Source of the DNA: Candidatus Micrarchaeota archaeon
GTDB lineage: Archaea; Micrarchaeota; Micrarchaeia; Anstonellales; Bilamarchaeaceae
Assembly (NCBI GenBank): GCA_038046805.1
Contig: JBBSVO010000006.1
Span: 164,452 to 228,451 of the forward strand
Reading direction: 5' to 3'
Length of the DNA stretch: 64,000 nucleotides
In this document: one piece after another, positions 59,029 through 64,000 of the stretch
How the letters are laid out: every line of letters starts with the position of its first letter
Position numbering within the stretch: position 1 is the first letter of the stretch
Position numbers and translations under genes: made by a program
The notes under the pieces: model-generated
Database searches by the model: none
The model's input: only the letters and a program-made list of their open reading frames with translations
What the model was told of the DNA's origin: nothing

Positions 59029-59586
59029 ATGGTATTAGAGCTTGTCCTGATTGTGATCGTAGTCGTATTAGTCCTTATCTTATTGTGGGCAATGGGCACT
59101 TTCAATCGTTTCATCGTCCTGCGCAACAGAATTGACAATGCCTTTTCACAAATTGACGTTCAATTGAAGCGAAGATACGACCTTATTCCAAACCTTGTTG
59201 AGTGTGTTAAGGGTTATGCAAAACACGAGAAAGAGACGCTTAATGATGTTATCAAGGCCAGAAGCGGGCTTGTGCAGGGAACCCCTGATGAAAGAATTGC
59301 AGCCAACAACATGCTTACTGGGGCATTGGGAAGATTAATGGTTGTCATGGAACAATATCCCAAGCTTATGGCAAACGAGAATTTCCTGAAATTGCAGGAT
59401 GAGCTTGCCGGAACCGAGAACAAGATTGCATATGTGAGAACAGCTTATAACGACTCTGTGCTTGAGCTTAACAATGCGATTATGGTGTTTCCCGGAAGTG
59501 TAATTGCAGGAATGTTCGGATTTGTCCAAAAGGCATTCCTCGAAACTCCGGGAGAGCAGCGCGAGAACGTGAAAGTCAAGTTCTAG
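59029..59586 (+). CDS. lemA: LemA family protein
   Basis: IDVQLKRRYDLIPNLVE.VKGYA.HE, E.YP.L.AN, FP. Confidence 0.96.
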   Translation: MVLELVLIVIVVVLVLILLWAMGTFNRFIVLRNRIDNAFSQIDVQLKRRYDLIPNLVECVKGYAKHEKETLNDVIKARSGLVQGTPDERIAANNMLTGALGRLMVVMEQYPKLMANENFLKLQDELAGTENKIAYVRTAYNDSVLELNNAIMVFPGSVIAGMFGFVQKAFLETPGEQRENVKVKF

Positions 59587-59672
59587 GCGCGCACTGGAGC
59601 CGTCCGGTTCCATTTCGTTATTTTTTCTCTTTTATTCTTATTCCGCTTTGTTTTTCGCACGGGGTTGCCATT

Positions 59673-60575
59673 ATGGAACAAAAAATCAGTTTCTTTGACG
59701 CGATTGAAACGAACAAGCGCAACTCCCTTATTCTTCTTGTGTTTTCATTTGCCCTGTTGATGGCTGTGGGATGGGCATTCTCAGAAATATTAGGCCTTGG
59801 CGGGCTGGGCTTTGTAATCTCGCTGGTTGCAGTGCTCATCTATATGGGAGTTGCCTATTTTCACGGAGCAAATTTCGTTTTGTCCATGAGTGGTGCAAGG
59901 CCACTTGAGCGCAACGAGTATCCTTTTGTTTATCATACTGTGGATGGACTTGCTGCTGCGGCAGGTATTCCTGCGCCGAAAGTTTATATCATCGATGATC
60001 AGGCAATGAATGCATTTGCAACCGGTAAAGACCCGAAAAATTCCTATGTCGTGGTTACAACAGGTCTTGTCAAGAACCTTAAACGGGAAGAGCTTGAAGG
60101 CGTAATCGCGCATGAAATCTCTCACATTGCAAACTATGACATCAGATTCATGCTGTATGCGGTTGTTATGGTCGGAGCAATTGCGCTTCTTTCCCAGGTA
60201 GCGAGCAGGGCGCTTTGGTTTGGGGGTGGGCGCGGCGGTTCTGGCAAGCGTGGCGGGGGAAATGCAGTAGGGTTAATCATTGCACTGGTTCTAATCATTC
60301 TCGCACCAATCTTCGCCGAGTTAATCCGATTTGCGATTTCAAGACAGCGGGAGCATCTTGCCGATGCCAATGCAGCAAAACTCACGCGTTATCCTGCAGG
60401 GCTGATAGGTGCTCTAAAAAGAATAAGCGGAACTCCTGAAGCTGCAAAGGTAGCGACTGCAAATGATGCAACTGCGCCTCTTTACATCGTTTCTCCGTTT
60501 TCTGGAAAAATAGGGCATTTATTCTCCACACATCCACCAGTTGAGGAAAGGATAAAACGACTTGCTGCAATGTAG
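59673..60575 (+). CDS. htpX: Zinc metalloprotease HtpX (M48)
   Basis: NAFATG, AHEISH, SRQRE.LAD, STHPP.EERI. Confidence 0.95.
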   Translation: MEQKISFFDAIETNKRNSLILLVFSFALLMAVGWAFSEILGLGGLGFVISLVAVLIYMGVAYFHGANFVLSMSGARPLERNEYPFVYHTVDGLAAAAGIPAPKVYIIDDQAMNAFATGKDPKNSYVVVTTGLVKNLKREELEGVIAHEISHIANYDIRFMLYAVVMVGAIALLSQVASRALWFGGGRGGSGKRGGGNAVGLIIALVLIILAPIFAELIRFAISRQREHLADANAAKLTRYPAGLIGALKRISGTPEAAKVATANDATAPLYIVSPFSGKIGHLFSTHPPVEERIKRLAAM

Positions 60576-60679
60576 AACTGTCAAGGTTGGTTCTTTATCA
60601 ACGTCTAACTGCCAAATGCCAACCTTTAAATATGTGTTCTGCAAACATCTGTTTGTTTCTAATTTAGAGGTGAAACTAT

Positions 60680-61387
60680 ATGTACGGAGTATCCCCACAG
60701 GCTTATGATAGGGCAATTACTGTTTTCAGTCCAGATGGAAGGCTGTTTCAGGTTGAATATGCAAAAGAGGCAGTGAAACGCGGTGCAACTGCAATTGGCA
60801 TTGTTGCAAAGGACGGAGTTGTTCTTGTTGCGTATAAAGCAACTCACTCCAAACTCGCGCTTGCGGATTCCCTTCGCAAGGTGTTTGATATCGATTCTCA
60901 TATTTCAGTTACTGCAAGCGGACTTATTGCAGATGCAAGAAGGCTTGTTGATATGGCGCGCGTTGATGCGCAGAGGCACCGGATTACCTACAATGAACCT
61001 GCGAATGTAGAATCAATCTCCAAAAGCATCTGCGATCTTATGCAGGTTTATACCCAATATGGCGGTATCAGACCGTTTGGCGTTTCTCTTCTTATTGCCG
61101 GTGTTGATAGCAAACCGCGTCTTTTCGAGGCAGAGCCAAGTGGTGCAATGACTGGCTATCTTGCAGATTCCGTCGGAAGCGGAAAAAAAGAAGTTGACGA
61201 ATATCTGGAGAAAAACTACAAGGAAAGCATCACAGTTGAAGATGCAATCGAGTTGGGAATAAGCGCATTGAAGAAAGCAGTTGATGCGAAGCTATCACCG
61301 GAAAACGTGGATATTTCCTATATTGAAGTCAAGACAAAGAAATCCGTTGCTGTTTCGGACAAGGATGTGGCGAAGTATTTGAAATAG
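60680..61387 (+). CDS. psmA: Proteasome alpha subunit
   Basis: YDRAITVFSPDGRLFQVEYA, RPFGVSLL. Confidence 0.97.
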   Translation: MYGVSPQAYDRAITVFSPDGRLFQVEYAKEAVKRGATAIGIVAKDGVVLVAYKATHSKLALADSLRKVFDIDSHISVTASGLIADARRLVDMARVDAQRHRITYNEPANVESISKSICDLMQVYTQYGGIRPFGVSLLIAGVDSKPRLFEAEPSGAMTGYLADSVGSGKKEVDEYLEKNYKESITVEDAIELGISALKKAVDAKLSPENVDISYIEVKTKKSVAVSDKDVAKYLK

Positions 61388-61440
61388 ACTGGGTTATACT
61401 CCCTACCACTTTATAAATCCTTGCAAAGAAAATTCTATTT

Positions 61441-62313
61441 ATGAACTTGGCCAGTGCTTATGCTGTAAATAATCATCAGGACGCAGTTAGGTTTAGATCC
61501 AGCGTTCATTCTTACAATCCAAAGAGTCGAATGTCCAGGGAACTGCGAAGAGCATTGGGGTTCGAGTCATGCCATCATTTGCAGGAACCTTTACGTATTT
61601 TGGATGCAATGTGCGGCCCGGGTAAAGTCGGTCAGCTAATAACTTCGGAAGCGCTGCTTCATGAGGTCCCCACAAATCTCTTTTTCAATGATGCCAGAGC
61701 CGCTGCGCTTGAATTGGCCACCCCTGATTCGGAAAAAAGAATCCCTGGGAACGTGTGCTCGGTCAGAGATTTATATGCTGGTTTTTTTGATCTGTCGGTG
61801 GTTCGGTTCGGCCTTAAAGATATTCCAGACCTGGCCAAATTGCAGGCAGTGGAGTCATTGCATGCATCTTTGGTTCCGGGAGGGCGCCTGGTTGTTGCTG
61901 ATTTGTATGCCCCAGCTTCTATTCGATCTGATGTTAATACTATCCACAGAACCAAGCAGCGTTTTAGCGGGAGAAATGAGTCTATAGAAGGAGAATTATT
62001 TATACCGACCAGGGGGCAATGGACCCAATTGTTGTTGCGCGCAGGTTTTGCTCGGGTTTCAACAGAATATTTTGGCCGTACGGTGGTAAAAATCTCTGAT
62101 TGGATAGACCAATTCGGCACCGATCCGGTTGTGGCATTATCCAAAGTCCGGTTGATTGAGCAGATGATTATTGCTATGTCGGCATTAGACAAGAAATTCA
62201 ATTCAGTAATGCGGATAAAAACATCCGAACCACTCAATCCGGATGATGGAATATTGAGTTTTGAATCACCCATCGTAATTCTAGTGGCACACAAATCTCC
62301 AGGTGTCATTTAA
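61441..62313 (+). CDS. Class I SAM methyltransferase-like
   Basis: ILDAMCGPG, LVPGGRLVV. Confidence 0.8.
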   Translation: MNLASAYAVNNHQDAVRFRSSVHSYNPKSRMSRELRRALGFESCHHLQEPLRILDAMCGPGKVGQLITSEALLHEVPTNLFFNDARAAALELATPDSEKRIPGNVCSVRDLYAGFFDLSVVRFGLKDIPDLAKLQAVESLHASLVPGGRLVVADLYAPASIRSDVNTIHRTKQRFSGRNESIEGELFIPTRGQWTQLLLRAGFARVSTEYFGRTVVKISDWIDQFGTDPVVALSKVRLIEQMIIAMSALDKKFNSVMRIKTSEPLNPDDGILSFESPIVILVAHKSPGVI

Positions 62314-63016
62314 CTATAGTCCCATTTATTCTTTTTCCTTCAATCGCATTTTTTATTTCTTTGAGACCTTCCGTTCCCTGCCCACCAACGAAAAACAGCT
62401 CTATTTTTGACCTTGCCGCAAGCTTGCATGCCAGCATGTCAAATACAAAATTCGTTCCGGCGGTTCTTTTATCCGAACTGTTTGCAAGCGCAATAAGCTC
62501 GTCGTACGTCATACCGTCAAACTTCATTGCATTTGGATTAGTTTTCGGATTTGAATCATAAATAGCATCCACGTTGCTTATGTTTACAAGTCGTTTTGCT
62601 CCGAGTTTTTCCGCAAGAAGAACGGAATCTGTATCTGTTGTTATTCCGGGAATCGTCCCGCCCATTACTACAACGGCATACTTCTGTGCAGCCTTTCCGG
62701 CTTCAGTAAAATCCTTCGCGACTTTCGGATAAACTTTAATTTTTTTTCGTTTTTCCGCGCGAAGCGCACCAACCAGTAGTTTTGCGTTCTTCCATGTTTC
62801 CTTTATCGCTTCCTCGTCTGCCTCAAACTCGCTTCCTCCGCGAGTGCGTACGGCATTTGCCTTCTGCCTTGCGGTCCACCCCCCACCAGTAACAATTCCA
62901 AACTTCCCGCCATTATCCCCAAGAATACTGGAAATTCTCTTCAAAAACCCATCATCAATTCCGTTTTCCTTATTTATGAGACTTCCGCCAACAGAAAGAA
63001 CTGTAATCACAACCAT
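62306..63016 (-). CDS. pyrH: Uridylate kinase
   Basis: SVGGS, VTGGG..AR, GGT.PG.TTD, NVD.IY..P. Confidence 0.95.
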   Translation of the reverse strand: MVVITVLSVGGSLINKENGIDDGFLKRISSILGDNGGKFGIVTGGGWTARQKANAVRTRGGSEFEADEEAIKETWKNAKLLVGALRAEKRKKIKVYPKVAKDFTEAGKAAQKYAVVVMGGTIPGITTDTDSVLLAEKLGAKRLVNISNVDAIYDSNPKTNPNAMKFDGMTYDELIALANSSDKRTAGTNFVFDMLACKLAARSKIELFFVGGQGTEGLKEIKNAIEGKRINGTIVK

Positions 63017-63068
63017 GCACCTCGTTCCGATACAATTAAAACCTCAAAACTTAAAAACTAAAGTATAG

Positions 63069-63629
63069 GTGATTTGTTTGAGTTTGGATTTGGGTATTTC
63101 GGAAATAGAATCCTCATTAATGAAAAAAGAGGAAAAACTGGATAAGGTCATGATTAAAAGCAGGGAAATAGTTCGGCTCTGTTCAAATGCAATCAAGGCA
63201 ATACATTCAAAGGAATTTGACGCGGCAAAAAAACTTCTAAAAGAAGCCGATTCCGAGGTTTCTGCAATAAAAAAATTCGAAGACGAGTTCCCTGGTCATG
63301 TTAATCATATAATGCAGGAATATGTCGAGGCAAGGATTGTATTTTCCGCAGTAGAAGATGGGAAAATCCCCTCATTCAAGGACCTTGATGCGCCAATGGA
63401 GGCATATCTCACCGGGCTTCTTGATGCAACCGGAGAACTAAAGCGCGAGATGTACGAATCACTAAGACGAAAGGACAGAAAAGGCGCGGAATCCTATTTT
63501 AAGATGATGGAGGACATTTACGACGCGCTTCTTCCACTCCGCTTCTCAAATGCGGTCCTGCCTGAATTCAGGAGAAAGCAGGATGTGGCGAGGATACAGT
63601 TGGAACAGGCTAGGGGAGAATTATTGTAG
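63069..63629 (+). CDS. Translin/TRAX (C3PO) family protein
   Basis: SREIVR, QEYVEA, YL.GL.D..GEL.R, RRK.D. Confidence 0.88.
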   Translation: MICLSLDLGISEIESSLMKKEEKLDKVMIKSREIVRLCSNAIKAIHSKEFDAAKKLLKEADSEVSAIKKFEDEFPGHVNHIMQEYVEARIVFSAVEDGKIPSFKDLDAPMEAYLTGLLDATGELKREMYESLRRKDRKGAESYFKMMEDIYDALLPLRFSNAVLPEFRRKQDVARIQLEQARGELL

Positions 63630-63650
63630 ATTAATCCAAGCCAAGAAGGG

Positions 63651-63950
63651 CTATTCGTTCCTCATTCCGCCACCGGTAGTTATTCGCGGCAGTTCCTTTT
63701 GTTTTGCCATCTGTTCTTCCTTATATTCTTTCATTTCCGCATGTGCGAGATTCTTTCCATGAGAAAGCGCAAGATTTGCGAAAATCTTTGCAGTAGAATC
63801 AGTGAACGTTTCCCGATGGAGTTTTGGAAGGTCAAGTTCGTCAAGTCCCTTTTTTATTTTTCCAGCTCCCAATCCAGTTATTTCCAGCCTATGTTCGTCT
63901 ATCATTTCTTTTACTCTTGCTATAAAATTCACTTTTGAGTCTGCGCTCAT
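63651..63950 (-). CDS. small hypothetical protein
   Basis: ORF from MSADSK; start uncertain. Confidence 0.5.
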   Translation of the reverse strand: MSADSKVNFIARVKEMIDEHRLEITGLGAGKIKKGLDELDLPKLHRETFTDSTAKIFANLALSHGKNLAHAEMKEYKEEQMAKQKELPRITTGGGMRNE

Positions 63951-64000
63951 TCCCTCCCCCATGCGTTCGTTACGCAAGGCTTCTGATCCAAATGTCTTAA

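Noticed and set aside
1..64000. Diversity-generating retroelement, rRNA, or stop-codon recoding
   Set aside because: No reverse transcriptase or adenine-specific repeat pair seen, no rRNA-like sequence, and core genes end normally at TAA/TAG/TGA

Overview
Archaeal chromosome segment, most consistent with a DPANN lineage, probably Micrarchaeota (inferred from eS1, eL40, Csl4, Rpo11, NAC, proteasome alpha, S-layer gene and tRNA introns at non-canonical positions). It opens with an intron-containing tRNA-Leu(TAA) carrying a ~3.9 kb tyrosine-integrase element. Housekeeping clusters follow (AmmeMemoRadiSam, ksgA-csl4-rpoL, rps15-rps3ae-nac, proS, rnz, S-layer, rtcA, lemA-htpX, psmA, pyrH, translin), interleaved with four toxin-antitoxin-type pairs and many orphan ORFs. 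All five tRNA genes carry introns. The most striking is a tRNA-Leu(CAA) spread over ~400 nt by three introns, one of them a 205-nt palindrome-filled T-loop intron. Other notable signals: an 80-bp att-only mini-element, a mini-tRNA hairpin upstream of the target tRNA, a tandem structured ~100-bp repeat upstream of rtcA, dispersed heptamer tandem repeats (also inside tRNA introns), a truncated methanogen-type SerRS coupled to a radical SAM gene, and -1 frameshifts seen only in accessory genes. All calls come from reading motifs by eye; no searches were run.
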